Positions 1 through 9,161 of a stretch of DNA of 64,000 bases are shown here, in pieces. The DNA comes from Alphaproteobacteria bacterium (GTDB lineage: Bacteria; Pseudomonadota; Alphaproteobacteria; GCA-2731375). Every line of letters begins with the position of its first letter. The stretch's first letter is position 1. The position numbers were made by a program, and so were the translations under genes. The notes below the pieces were generated by a model. The model worked only from the letters and a program-made list of their open reading frames with translations. It was not told the DNA's origin and made no database searches. The stretch is taken from the NCBI GenBank assembly GCA_965232515.1, contig CBDDPY010000002.1:736001-800000 (forward strand), read 5' to 3'.

Positions 1-245
1 TCGTCCGGTGCGAGGGCGGCTGCCCGTCGGTACTGGCTAACGGCGTGCTCTTCGTCGCCGGCGCTCAACAGGGCGAGGGCGTAGTGCCGGTGAAGGGCGA
101 CGTCGTCGGGTGTGGCGCGCAGGGCCTGTTCGCAGGCAGCCTTGCCGCCCTGCGCGGCCTCAGCGGCGCACCGCGCCGCCAAGTCGGCGGCGTGTGCCGA
201 TGTTGAGACAGCAAGCAACACGACAAGCGCTAGATAGGCCCTCAA
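1..245 (-). CDS. Secreted TPR-like protein (partial, runs off window start)
   Basis: Absent from the ORF track because it is truncated. Manual translation from TTG 245 (TTGA overlap with the HIT stop): MRAYLALVVLLAVSTSAHA signal peptide, then helical TPR-like ACEQALRATPDDVALHRHYALALLSAGDEEHAVSQYRRAAALAPD. Confidence 0.65.
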   Translation of the reverse strand, partial: MRAYLALVVLLAVSTSAHAADLAARCAAEAAQGGKAACEQALRATPDDVALHRHYALALLSAGDEEHAVSQYRRAAALAPD

Positions 246-664
246 GACATGGCCTCGCGAATGCGGGCGGCCGTGGCCTCGATTTGGGTCATGTCGCCGG
301 GATTGTGGCCCCAGTTCAATTGCGCGTTGTCGTCGAGCCGCCGCGGAAAGATGTGGAAGTGAAAATGGAACACTGTCTGTCCGGCGCCGGGGCCGTTGGC
401 CTGGATGAGGTTGATGCCGTCGGGCGCGATGGCTTTCTCGACCGCGGCGGCGACGCGTTTGGCGGCGGCGACGGCAGCACCAAGATCGGCGTCCGGCGCG
501 GCGAACAGGTTTTCGTAGTGCTCCTTGGTGATGACCAGACAGTGACCCTCGTTGAAGGGATTGACGTCCATAAACGACAGGACACGGTCGTCTTCGAAGA
601 GCTTGAACGACGGGATCTCGCCCGCGACGATCTTGCAGAAAATGCAGTTCGGATCGGTCGGCAT
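242..664 (-). CDS. HIT family nucleotide hydrolase
   Basis: N-terminal CIFCKI and HFHFHIF histidine triad. Confidence 0.93.
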   Translation of the reverse strand: MPTDPNCIFCKIVAGEIPSFKLFEDDRVLSFMDVNPFNEGHCLVITKEHYENLFAAPDADLGAAVAAAKRVAAAVEKAIAPDGINLIQANGPGAGQTVFHFHFHIFPRRLDDNAQLNWGHNPGDMTQIEATAARIREAMS

Positions 665-714
665 GCCGTGCGCCTCCGTGCCGTCGGCGAATGATGGTCC
701 GGATTCTAGCGATT

Positions 715-729
715 GAACGATTCTTGAAC
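715..729 (-). promoter_or_regulatory. Candidate alphaproteobacterial LexA box (GTTC-N7-GTTC) next to a TAGAAT -10 element
   Basis: GAAC-gattctt-GAAC on the + strand; minus-strand GCTAGAAT at 703-710, upstream of the HIT start. Confidence 0.35.
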
Positions 730-755
730 CAGCGCCGCGCGTTTATGGAGCGTCG

Positions 756-1937
756 CTAGCTGCCATCCTGCTGCCGCTCGCCTTTGCGGAACGGGGCGAA
801 ATCGCTGAGATAGTCGATCTCGCGGTCGACCTCGCGGCGCTCCTGCTCGAGGAAGCGGTCGACGGCGTCGCGGAACGCCGGGTCGCGGATCCAGTGGGCG
901 CTGTAGACATGCGCCGGCACGTAGCCGCGGGCGATCTTGTGCTGGCCCTGCGCGCCGGCCTCAACCTTGGCCAGCCCGTGCGCGATGGCGAATTCGATGG
1001 CCTGGTAATAGCAGGCCTCGAAATGCAGGAATCGGTGGTCCTCGATGCAGCCCCAGTTGCGGCCGTAGATCGTGTCGGTGCCGAAGAAGTTCAGCGCGCC
1101 GGCGATATAGCGCCCGGCCCGGCGGCACATGACCAGCGCGATCTTGTCGGCCATGCGTTCGCTGACCAGACTGAAGAAAGTGCGGGTCAGATAGGGCCGG
1201 CCCCACTTGCGGCCACCGGTGTCCATGTAGAATTCGTAGAACGCGTCCCAGTGTTCTTCGCGCAGATCCGAGCCGGTCAGGATCTGGATATCGACGCCGG
1301 TTTCTACGGCGCCGCGGCGTTCCTTCTTGATCGCTTTGCGTTTGCGGGAAGCGAGGTCGCTCAGAAACTCATCAAAGTCGGCGTAGCCCTTGTTGTACCA
1401 ATGAAATTGCTCGCCCGTGCGCTGCAGCATCCCGTGTTCGCCGAACCGGTTCCACTCGGCTTCGGTGGGGAAGTTGATATGTAGCGTTGAGACATCCAGC
1501 CGGCGCGCCACTTCCTTGGCGCCGGCGATCAGGTTGTCGCGCACCTCGTCCGCCTGCGGCCCGGGCCGGGCCAGCAGGCGCGGGCCGGTGGCGGGCGTGA
1601 ACGGCACGGCGACCAGCAGCTTGGGATAGTAGCGCCCGCCGGCGCGCTCGTAGGCGTCGGCCCAGCCGTAGTCGAAGATGTATTCGCCCTGGCTGTGGCC
1701 CTTCAGGTACATCGGCATGGCACCGAGCAGCCCGCAGCCCGGCTCTTCGACGACCAGATGATAGACGCCCCAGCCGGTCTTCGCCGACGCCGACCCGCTG
1801 TCCTCTAATGCACTGAGGAAGGCATGGCTGACGAACGGGTTCTCGTCGCCGGCGCAGGCGTCCCATTGCTCCGCCGGCACGTCGGCGATGCGGCCAATCG
1901 CCTTGATGACGACGCTATCGGGATCGGATTCGGCCAT
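756..1937 (-). CDS. GNAT-fold FemAB-like protein (DUF482)
   Basis: HSQGEYIFDYGWADAY, YYPKLLVAVPFTP, LHFEACYYQAI and EAGAQGQHKIARGY motifs. Confidence 0.9.
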   Translation of the reverse strand: MAESDPDSVVIKAIGRIADVPAEQWDACAGDENPFVSHAFLSALEDSGSASAKTGWGVYHLVVEEPGCGLLGAMPMYLKGHSQGEYIFDYGWADAYERAGGRYYPKLLVAVPFTPATGPRLLARPGPQADEVRDNLIAGAKEVARRLDVSTLHINFPTEAEWNRFGEHGMLQRTGEQFHWYNKGYADFDEFLSDLASRKRKAIKKERRGAVETGVDIQILTGSDLREEHWDAFYEFYMDTGGRKWGRPYLTRTFFSLVSERMADKIALVMCRRAGRYIAGALNFFGTDTIYGRNWGCIEDHRFLHFEACYYQAIEFAIAHGLAKVEAGAQGQHKIARGYVPAHVYSAHWIRDPAFRDAVDRFLEQERREVDREIDYLSDFAPFRKGERQQDGS

Positions 1938-2000
1938 ATCGACAGTCTAGCACGCACATGTTCGATGACATTGTCCGACGCGCTGCGGAAACAAGTTCGG

Positions 2001-2744
2001 TCATGCGCGAACGGCCTCGAAAATCTGGTTGTCGGTGCAACGCCGCGCCAGGGCGAGCTGTTCGGGCGTGCGGACCGTCCAGGTCAGAAGCGGCCAGCCG
2101 AGGGTACGCGCCAAGCGGGGCGGCCAGAACGGCAGATCCAGGATGTCATATGCGATGAAATGCGGCCGTGACAGGATGCAGGTCAGCAAATGGGATGCGA
2201 AGAAGCCGGCGGCGCCCGCGCGCTGATCGGGATCGGTGCGGCTTCGGCGCGTCGCAATCTGTCCGCGGCAGACCTCGGGCGCGTGACGCCGGAACCAGGT
2301 CAGCGTCAGCGGATTGAATGACTGCACCGCGTAGCGGCCGTGATAGCCGGCGAGCGTCCGCCGGGTCGCCGCGGCCAGCGGGACAACGTCCCGGCCAATC
2401 TGCTTGATCTCCACAAGCAGTGGCGTCCGACCGTCGATCAGCTCCAGAATCTCTTCCAGCGTCGGGATGGTTTCGTCGCAGCCTGAAAGGCTTAGACGTG
2501 ACAGTTCATCCGCGTTGCGATCGGCCAACCGGCCGCTGGCCGTCGTTACGCGGTCCAGGATCTCGTCGTGGAAGACCATGACCGTGCCGTCGGCCGCAAG
2601 ACGGACATCGAGCTCGATGCCGTAGCCGGTCGCGATCGCGGCCTCGAAGGCCGCGCGGGTGTGCTCGGGCACGCCCGCATCGGCGTCATGCAGACCACGG
2701 TGCGCGAACGGCAGGTCCGTGAGCCAGTCCGGCGCACGCCTCAT
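2001..2744 (-). CDS. Glycerophosphodiester phosphodiesterase
   Basis: AHRGLH, IELDV, VFHD and VEIK motifs. Confidence 0.92.
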   Translation of the reverse strand: MRRAPDWLTDLPFAHRGLHDADAGVPEHTRAAFEAAIATGYGIELDVRLAADGTVMVFHDEILDRVTTASGRLADRNADELSRLSLSGCDETIPTLEEILELIDGRTPLLVEIKQIGRDVVPLAAATRRTLAGYHGRYAVQSFNPLTLTWFRRHAPEVCRGQIATRRSRTDPDQRAGAAGFFASHLLTCILSRPHFIAYDILDLPFWPPRLARTLGWPLLTWTVRTPEQLALARRCTDNQIFEAVRA

Positions 2745-3208
2745 GCAAACTCGAAGACCGCGTCGAGCTCGACGGAGATATTCATGGGCAGGCTCGGCGC
2801 AACGGTGACGCTGCGGGCGTGGCGCCCCTTGTCGCCGAGCACGTCGGCGAGCAGCCCGGAGGCGGCGTCGACAACGAGATGGGCGTCCTCGTAGCCCGGG
2901 ATCGCGTTGACGAGGCCGAATACCTTCACGCAGTGCCGGATCCGGTCGAGATCGCCGTCGAGTGCGTGATTGGCGTGCGCCAGCAGGTTCAGCGCGGTCA
3001 GCCGGGCGGCGGCGAGGCCGTCGTCGAAACTGACGTCGCGGCCGATCTTGCCGGCGCCGCGAAGCTCGCGCCCCCAGGTCGGGCCGACGCCCGAGACCCA
3101 GATTTGTTGGCCTGTGACGACATACGCCACATAGTTGCCGGCCGGCGGATGTTGCGGCGGCAGCTCGAGGCCGAGTTCGGCCAGACGTTCGGCGACCCGC
3201 TGACCCAC
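2741..3208 (-). CDS. Rid (YjgF/YER057c/UK114) family protein, paralog 2
   Basis: PAGNYV, GASx-like AASGLL and RHARS motifs; start re-set to GTG 3208, directly after the upstream paralog's stop. Confidence 0.85.
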   Translation of the reverse strand: MGQRVAERLAELGLELPPQHPPAGNYVAYVVTGQQIWVSGVGPTWGRELRGAGKIGRDVSFDDGLAAARLTALNLLAHANHALDGDLDRIRHCVKVFGLVNAIPGYEDAHLVVDAASGLLADVLGDKGRHARSVTVAPSLPMNISVELDAVFEFA

Positions 3209-3209
3209 G

Positions 3210-3680
3210 TCAGGAAATCTCGAAGACCGCGTCGACCTCGACCGGGACGCCCCTCGGCAGCGCGTTGCTGCCGACGGCGAAGCGGGCGTGGCGGCCGGCA
3301 TCGCCGAAGATCTCGACCATCAGGTCCGAGGCGCCGTTCACGACTTCCGGGTGCTCGGTGAAATCGTCGGCGCAGTTGACGAAGCCGCCGAGCTTGACGC
3401 AGCGGACGACGCGGTCGAGGTCGCCGCCGCAGGCGGCCTTGACCTGAGCGATGATATTGAGGGCGCAGATCCGGGCGATGTCCTTGCCCTCGGCCACGGA
3501 ATAGTCCGTGCCGACCTTGCCCTTGTGCTTGATCTCGCCGCCCGTGAAGGGGATCTGCCCGGCGACAAACACCAGATTGCCGCTGATCACGAACGGCACG
3601 TAGTTCGCCGCTGGCGCGGGCGCATCGGGAAGGTCGATATCGAGTTCTTGCAGGCGCGCGTCGATTCTGCCGGCCACCAT
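3210..3680 (-). CDS. Rid (YjgF/YER057c/UK114) family protein, paralog 1
   Basis: PAPAANYVP, VNGASDL, GRHARFAVG and LPRGVPVEV motifs; GGAGA RBS. Confidence 0.93.
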   Translation of the reverse strand: MVAGRIDARLQELDIDLPDAPAPAANYVPFVISGNLVFVAGQIPFTGGEIKHKGKVGTDYSVAEGKDIARICALNIIAQVKAACGGDLDRVVRCVKLGGFVNCADDFTEHPEVVNGASDLMVEIFGDAGRHARFAVGSNALPRGVPVEVDAVFEIS

Positions 3681-3767
3681 TCGTCTCCTTGTTCGATCGA
3701 CGGAAAAACGCCGTAACCGGCGTTGTTGACGACTGCATCATAAACGCACGCCGCGAACGGCCAAGCC

Positions 3768-3782
3768 TTAACCAAGGTTTAA
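3768..3782. promoter_or_regulatory. CtrA box TTAA-N7-TTAA
   Basis: Exact TTAA-ccaaggt-TTAA in the divergent Rid/cyclase intergenic region. Confidence 0.65.
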
Positions 3783-3854
3783 TGCTCGCAAGGAACGGAA
3801 CGCGCACATATGTTTCTTTCTATTGGATGTCATGACCATGAAGCGCGATACGAG

Positions 3855-5120
3855 ATGAACGACGTCAGCCGTACGCCCGAGATGAGCGCCGCGGATGCGG
3901 CGCTGGCCGCCAAGATCGGCGACTGGATCCTTGCCGAGGGGCTGCGCGGCACGGCCATCCGGGACCTGATGGAGGGCTTCTGCGATCAGCTGTCGACGTC
4001 GGGCTTTCCGCTGATGCGCGGGTTTACGTCGTTCCAGACCCTGCATCCGCTCTATTCGGGCTATGGTTTCATCTGGCGCCGCGCCGACGCGGATGTCGAG
4101 GAGAACAGCTTCCTGCGGCAGACGATTCCGTCGCCGGCCTGGACCGACAGCCCGTTCTTCTACATGTTGAATAACAACGTCCATAGGCTGCTGGCCTGCC
4201 TGGAGGGGCAGACGGACCGGGAGTTCCCGGTCTATGACGACTTCCGGGCCGAGGGCGCGACCGGCTATTTCGCGCGTCTTGTGGGCTTCGGCGAGCTCGA
4301 CATCAACAAGGACGAGCCCGGCGGCGTCGCCTATTCATTCCTGACCGACTGTCCCGGCGGCTTCTCAGCCTCGCATATCGCCATCCTCGAAAAGCTGATG
4401 CCGATGCTGTCGCTGGCGATCAAGGCGCGGTCGACCTATCAGATCGCCACGGAGATCCTGGGCATCTATATCGGCCACGACGCCGGGCGCCGGGTGTTCA
4501 GCGGCGCCGTCGAGCGCGGCGACGTGCAGACCATCGGCGCGGTGATCTTCTTTGCCGATCTCAGGGGCTTTACGCGGCTGTCGGAGACCATGGACGGCGG
4601 CGATGTGGTGGCCATGCTGGACGATTACCTGGACACGATCGCCCGGCCGTTGCTGGCGCAGGGCGGCGAGGTGCTGAAATTCATGGGCGACGGCCTGATG
4701 GCCACCTTCGAGATCGGCGACGCCGACGCGGCGGCGAAGTGCCAGGCCGCGCTGACCGCGACCTGCGGCGTGATGACGGGGCTGGCGGCCTTGAACGAGA
4801 CGCGCCGGGCGGCCGGGCAGCCGGCGATGGAGCTGGACGTGGCGCTGCATCTGGGCGACGTGCTCTACGGCAATGTCGGCTCGGAAAGCCGGCTCGACTT
4901 CACCGTCATCGGGCCGGCCGTCAACGAGGCGAGCCGCATGGAGGCGCTGTGCCGGCCGCTCGGCCACAGCCTGCTGGTGTCGGAAGCGTTCGCGAACGCG
5001 GCCTCGGACGATTGCCGCGGCCGGCTGATCTCGCTCGGCCGGCACGAGCTGCGGGATATACCCGGCGACCGCGAGCTGTTTACCGCCGAAGTCGCCGACT
5101 GCCCTGACGCCGCGCCCTGA
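3855..5120 (+). CDS. Class III adenylate/guanylate cyclase with soluble N-terminal sensor domain
   Basis: FADLRGFT, KFMGDG and RLDFTVIGPAVNEASRME; start 3855 preferred, 3810 possible. Confidence 0.9.
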   Translation: MNDVSRTPEMSAADAALAAKIGDWILAEGLRGTAIRDLMEGFCDQLSTSGFPLMRGFTSFQTLHPLYSGYGFIWRRADADVEENSFLRQTIPSPAWTDSPFFYMLNNNVHRLLACLEGQTDREFPVYDDFRAEGATGYFARLVGFGELDINKDEPGGVAYSFLTDCPGGFSASHIAILEKLMPMLSLAIKARSTYQIATEILGIYIGHDAGRRVFSGAVERGDVQTIGAVIFFADLRGFTRLSETMDGGDVVAMLDDYLDTIARPLLAQGGEVLKFMGDGLMATFEIGDADAAAKCQAALTATCGVMTGLAALNETRRAAGQPAMELDVALHLGDVLYGNVGSESRLDFTVIGPAVNEASRMEALCRPLGHSLLVSEAFANAASDDCRGRLISLGRHELRDIPGDRELFTAEVADCPDAAP

Positions 5121-5838
5121 TATTGGCGGGCGCGGCTGCATCGGCCAGGCGCGCGGCGCCGAGACGCTCGTGCTTGTTGGCGTACATGTCCTTATCGGCG
5201 CGCTGCATCAGCGTTTCGGGATCTTCCTTGTCGCCGTAGATGGCCGCGCCCATGCTCGCCCGGATCGGGATCGTGATGCCGTTGTGACGGGCGAACGAGC
5301 GGTTGAGGATCCGCTGCAGCGCCAGCGCGCGGTCGGCGCCGTGAGCGCCGTTCGCCTGCACCAGCACGGCGACGAACTCATCACCGCCGAGGCGGGCGAC
5401 GATGTCGCTCTCGCGCACGTTGGCGGCGAGTAGCGCGCCGACCTGCCGCAGGACGGCATCGCCGGCGGCGTGACCCAGGCGGTCGTTGATCGATTTGAAG
5501 TCGTCGAGATCGATGTAGGCGAGGATGCCGGAGCCGCGATGCCGGCTCGCCAGCGCCAGCGTGCGGCGCAGCGCCTGCTCGAAGCCGCGGCGGTTGGCGA
5601 GCCCGGTCAGTTCATCGGTCAGCGAGAGCGATTCCAGCTGCTCGATCCGGGCCGACTGGTCGGCGATGATGCGGCGCGCCTCCTCGGCGGCGGACAGCGC
5701 CTTTTGCAGGAGCTCCCAGGGATCGACGTCGTCGCCACGCTCGGCCGGCACCATGTTGGCCGGCGGCAATCCGGCAAGCAGCGCCGATTCGGACATCAGC
5801 TTGTCCTTCGGCAACGACACGGCGGCTTGACGGGTCAT
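5080..5838 (-). CDS. Diguanylate cyclase (coiled coil + GGDEF), Caulobacter DgcA-like architecture
   Basis: TDELTGLANRR, DLDDFKSIND, RESD I-site and GGDEF; GGGAGA RBS. Confidence 0.92.
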   Translation of the reverse strand: MTRQAAVSLPKDKLMSESALLAGLPPANMVPAERGDDVDPWELLQKALSAAEEARRIIADQSARIEQLESLSLTDELTGLANRRGFEQALRRTLALASRHRGSGILAYIDLDDFKSINDRLGHAAGDAVLRQVGALLAANVRESDIVARLGGDEFVAVLVQANGAHGADRALALQRILNRSFARHNGITIPIRASMGAAIYGDKEDPETLMQRADKDMYANKHERLGAARLADAAAPANIRARRQGSRRLRR

Positions 5839-5898
5839 CTCGTTCTCCCAAAACAGCGGTTAAGTGCGGGCTCTCGCAGGTGCGTCCATGTGCCAAAC

Positions 5899-5914
5899 TG
5901 CAACCGGCATGCCA
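5899..5914 (-). promoter_or_regulatory. Sigma54 -24/-12 promoter for the GGDEF gene
   Basis: Minus strand TGGCAT-GCCGG-TTGCA, about 60 nt upstream of ATG 5838. Confidence 0.7.
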
Positions 5915-5956
5915 GCGGAAAAACCACGGGAACCAGGGGTTTTCGAAATTCTCGAG

Positions 5957-6002
5957 TGGAAGGATTTGCCCAAACCGACCGGATGGGCGGCAAAATCCGC
6001 CG
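5957..6002. promoter_or_regulatory. Two ftr-like (FlbD-type) enhancer sites
   Basis: CGGC-AAAATCC-GCCG at 5988-6002 and degenerate TGGA-AGGATTT-GCCC at 5957-5971, 31 bp apart, upstream of the sigma54 site. Confidence 0.5.
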
Positions 6003-6099
6003 CCTGCCGGGTGATCGCAATTCGTCCCGCGCTGCACCATATACTAGGGTTAATACCGGGTATAACCGACGGGCGCAGGGGGACGTGGAGCTTGTCTGA

Positions 6100-6900
6100 A
6101 TGAAGCTTTTTTATTCGGCTCTGGTTGCCGGTCTGCTGGCGTCGGCGTCCGTCCATGCCGCGGGCATCGCGCTGCAACCGCATCGCGCGATCTACGACCT
6201 GACACTTAAGCGCACCGCGAGCAGCAGCGGCATCGAGCAGCTCGATGGCCGATTGGTCGTGGAGTTCCAGCCGGACTGCGAGGGCTACGGGTTCAGCCAG
6301 CGCATCGTCATGCGCATGATGGATTCGGACGGGCAGGAAGCGGTGAACGACTTCCGCGCTGCGACCTGGGAGAATACGGCCGGCACGAAATTCCGCTTCA
6401 ATGTCCGCACCATGGTCGATGGCAATGTCATCGAGGAGAGCAGCGGGCGGGCGCAGCTGAAGTCGCCGGGCGGCGTCGGGTCCGTCGATTTCAGCGATGA
6501 CAAGGCCAGCGGCGTCGCCTTGCCGGCCGGCACGGTGTTTCCGGTCGCACATACGATCGCCATCCTGAAGACGGCGAACGCGGGGGGCAGCGAGCTGGAG
6601 ATCAAGCTGTTCGACGGGTCGGGCGAGGACGGCCGGTTCGACACGTTCTCCTGGATCGGTCCACGGGACGGCGACGACGCGAATGCCGGCGGAAAGTTCG
6701 AGATCATCGCCGGCATCGCCTCATGGCCGGTGCGCATGGCCTATTTCCCGTTCGGCGACCAGGTCGGCATTCCGGATTTCGAGATCGGCTTCCGGTTGTT
6801 CGCGAACGGCGTCTACGGCGACATCGTGCTGGACTACGGCGACTTCGCGTTGGACGGCACGTTGTCCCGCTTGGACCCCTTGCCGCGACCGTCCTGCTGA
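6100..6900 (+). CDS. eipB: Periplasmic cell envelope protein EipB (DUF1849)
   Basis: Signal peptide; [30 protein letters not shown] and LFANGV motifs; C-terminal Cys; syntenic with Rid and dinB. Confidence 0.85.
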   Translation: MKLFYSALVAGLLASASVHAAGIALQPHRAIYDLTLKRTASSSGIEQLDGRLVVEFQPDCEGYGFSQRIVMRMMDSDGQEAVNDFRAATWENTAGTKFRFNVRTMVDGNVIEESSGRAQLKSPGGVGSVDFSDDKASGVALPAGTVFPVAHTIAILKTANAGGSELEIKLFDGSGEDGRFDTFSWIGPRDGDDANAGGKFEIIAGIASWPVRMAYFPFGDQVGIPDFEIGFRLFANGVYGDIVLDYGDFALDGTLSRLDPLPRPSC

Positions 6901-8195
6901 GCAACGGGTTCGCCCGCAGACTTACCCGCCTTGCCGGCGAGCGCCCGTCCCTTGGCGATGATATCGGCCCCGAACTTTTCCCGCACCGCGTCCACCGCGC
7001 GTTCCGCGCCGGCCCGGCGGCCGGCCATCGGATCGGCGAGATCGAGCGGATCGGCGTCGCGGGCGGACACGATGGTGCTGACCCCGACGCCGAGCAGGCG
7101 ATAGGCGGTGCCGTCGGCTTCACCGGCGAGCAACTCGTGCGCCGTGCGATAGAGAACGTCGGCAAGCTGTGTGGGGTTGGCCAGTTTGCGGTTGCGGGTG
7201 CGGATCCGGAAGTCGGCTGACTTGAGCTTGAGCACGACGGTTGCGCCAGCGAGCTCCGACCGCTTCAGCCGCGCGGCGACACGTTCGCACTGCCGCCAGA
7301 GGATGGAATCGAGCTCCCGAAGCGTGGAGATGTCGCGCTCGAACGTCGTTTCGGAGGAAACGCTCTTGGTGGCGGCGTGGGGGTCGACCCGGCGATGGTC
7401 CTCGCCGCGGGAGAAACGCGCCATTCGCTGGCCCATGGCGCCGTAGCGCTTGATCAACGTCGCTTCGTCGAGCTGTTGCAGCTGACCGACGCTGCGAATG
7501 CCGTCGGCAGCCAGCTTCCGCTGCAGCGCCTTGCCGGCGCCCCAGATAATGCTGACCGGCTGTTCGGCGAGGAACGACATGGCCTCGCCGCGGCCGATGA
7601 CGGCAAAGCCGCGTGGCTTGTCGAGGTCGGAGGCGACCTTGGCAAGGAACTTGTTATAGCTGAGGCCGATGGAGGCGGTCACGCCCACCTCGTCCTCGAA
7701 GCGCTTTACGATGGTCGCGAGTGTCGCGGCGGCGCTGCGCCGATGCAACGCTTCCGTGCCGGTCAGATCCAGAAAGGCCTCGTCCAGCGACAGCGGCTCC
7801 ACGAGCGGGGTGTACGCGCGCATGATGGCGCGCACTTCGCGGCTGACGGCGGCGTATTTCTCCATGTCGGGACGGATCACGACCGCGTCCGGGCAGGCTT
7901 TGAGCGCCTTGAACATGGGCATTGCGGAGTGCACGCCGTATGTGCGGGCGACATAGCAGGCCGCGCTGACCACGCCGCGCCGGCCGCCGCCGACGATGAC
8001 CGGCCGGCTCCGCAAGCTCGGATCGTCCCGTTTCTCGACGGTGGCATAGAAGGCGTCGCAGTCGATATGGGCGATCGACAGCCGGCTCAGCTCTGGGTGG
8101 CGAAGCAGGCGGGGCGACCCACACGCATCGCAACGGCTCGCCGCGTTTTCAGCGTCGGCAAGGCAGTCGCGGCAGAAGGCGTTCGCGTGGGTCAT
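6834..8195 (-). CDS. dinB: DNA polymerase IV (alphaproteobacterial type with N-terminal Zn ribbon)
   Basis: FCRDC...[20 protein letters not shown] and [11 protein letters not shown]. Confidence 0.95.
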   Translation of the reverse strand: MTHANAFCRDCLADAENAASRCDACGSPRLLRHPELSRLSIAHIDCDAFYATVEKRDDPSLRSRPVIVGGGRRGVVSAACYVARTYGVHSAMPMFKALKACPDAVVIRPDMEKYAAVSREVRAIMRAYTPLVEPLSLDEAFLDLTGTEALHRRSAAATLATIVKRFEDEVGVTASIGLSYNKFLAKVASDLDKPRGFAVIGRGEAMSFLAEQPVSIIWGAGKALQRKLAADGIRSVGQLQQLDEATLIKRYGAMGQRMARFSRGEDHRRVDPHAATKSVSSETTFERDISTLRELDSILWRQCERVAARLKRSELAGATVVLKLKSADFRIRTRNRKLANPTQLADVLYRTAHELLAGEADGTAYRLLGVGVSTIVSARDADPLDLADPMAGRRAGAERAVDAVREKFGADIIAKGRALAGKAGKSAGEPVAQQDGRGKGSKRDNVPSNAKSP

Positions 8196-9118
8196 GACGC
8201 CTCAGCCGGCCACAGCCAGGCGGCGCCGCGTACGCCGCTGGAATCGCCGTGTCTCGCCGGCGCCAGTTGCGTGGAAACCGAGTCGGAAAAGACATATTCG
8301 GTCCACAGCGTCGGTACTGTCTTGTAAAGCCGGTCGACGTTGGACAGTCCGCCGCCCAGCACGACCATGTCGGGATCGAGAATGTTGATGACGACGGCCA
8401 ATGCCTTCGCCAGCCGACGCTCATAGCGTGCCAGGCTTGCCGCGCACGCGGCATCGCCCGCCAGTGCCAGATCGACGACCTCCTTGGCCGTCAGACTGTT
8501 TCCGGTCCCGGCAAGATGGTCGGCGGCGAGGCCGGGGCCCGACAGGAAGGTCTCGATACAACCGCGTTTGCCGCAATAGCAGGCGGGACCGGGAAGTTCG
8601 TCGGGCTCGGGCCAGGGCAGGGGATTGTGGCCCCACTCGCCAGCGATGCGGTTCGGCCCGATGTGGATCTTGCCGTCGATGGCAAGCCCGCCGCCCGTTC
8701 CGGTGCCGATGATGACGCCAAACACGGTACCGGCACCCGCACCGGCGCCGTCGACGGCCTCGGACAGCGCGAGGCAGTTGGCGTCGTTTTCCAAACGCAC
8801 GGGTCGGCCCAGCGCCCGCTCCAGATCGCGGTCGAACGGTCGGCCGATCAGCCATGTCGAGTTGGCGTTCTTTATCAGGCCGGTTGCGGGCGAGATCGCG
8901 CCCGGAATGGCAATGCCGATGCTGGCGATCTCCGTCCGCGCGTCCTGCGCGACGGCTTCGGCCAGCCGGCCGACGGCCGCAACTGTGGCGTCGTAGTCCC
9001 CCCTCGGGCTGTCTATGCGCCGCCGCGCCAACTCGTGGCCATCATGCCCGAGTGCAAGGGCCTCGATCTTGGTGCCGCCGAGGTCGACGCCGATCCGCGC
9101 GGCGCTTGGATTGCTCAT
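8192..9118 (-). CDS. ROK family sugar kinase (Mak fructokinase-like)
   Basis: [31 protein letters not shown] and [14 protein letters not shown]. Confidence 0.92.
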   Translation of the reverse strand: MSNPSAARIGVDLGGTKIEALALGHDGHELARRRIDSPRGDYDATVAAVGRLAEAVAQDARTEIASIGIAIPGAISPATGLIKNANSTWLIGRPFDRDLERALGRPVRLENDANCLALSEAVDGAGAGAGTVFGVIIGTGTGGGLAIDGKIHIGPNRIAGEWGHNPLPWPEPDELPGPACYCGKRGCIETFLSGPGLAADHLAGTGNSLTAKEVVDLALAGDAACAASLARYERRLAKALAVVINILDPDMVVLGGGLSNVDRLYKTVPTLWTEYVFSDSVSTQLAPARHGDSSGVRGAAWLWPAEAS

Positions 9119-9161
9119 AACGCCAGATTAGCATCAGGCCCTCGCAGGGGTTAGGCCGCCG

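Noticed and set aside
6050-6066. CtrA-like site before eipB (TTAA-N7-TATA)
   Set aside because: Only one good half-site, so too weak to call
6834-6900. 67-bp convergent overlap of eipB and dinB
   Set aside because: Explained by a low-complexity C-terminal extension of DinB; common in GC-rich genomes
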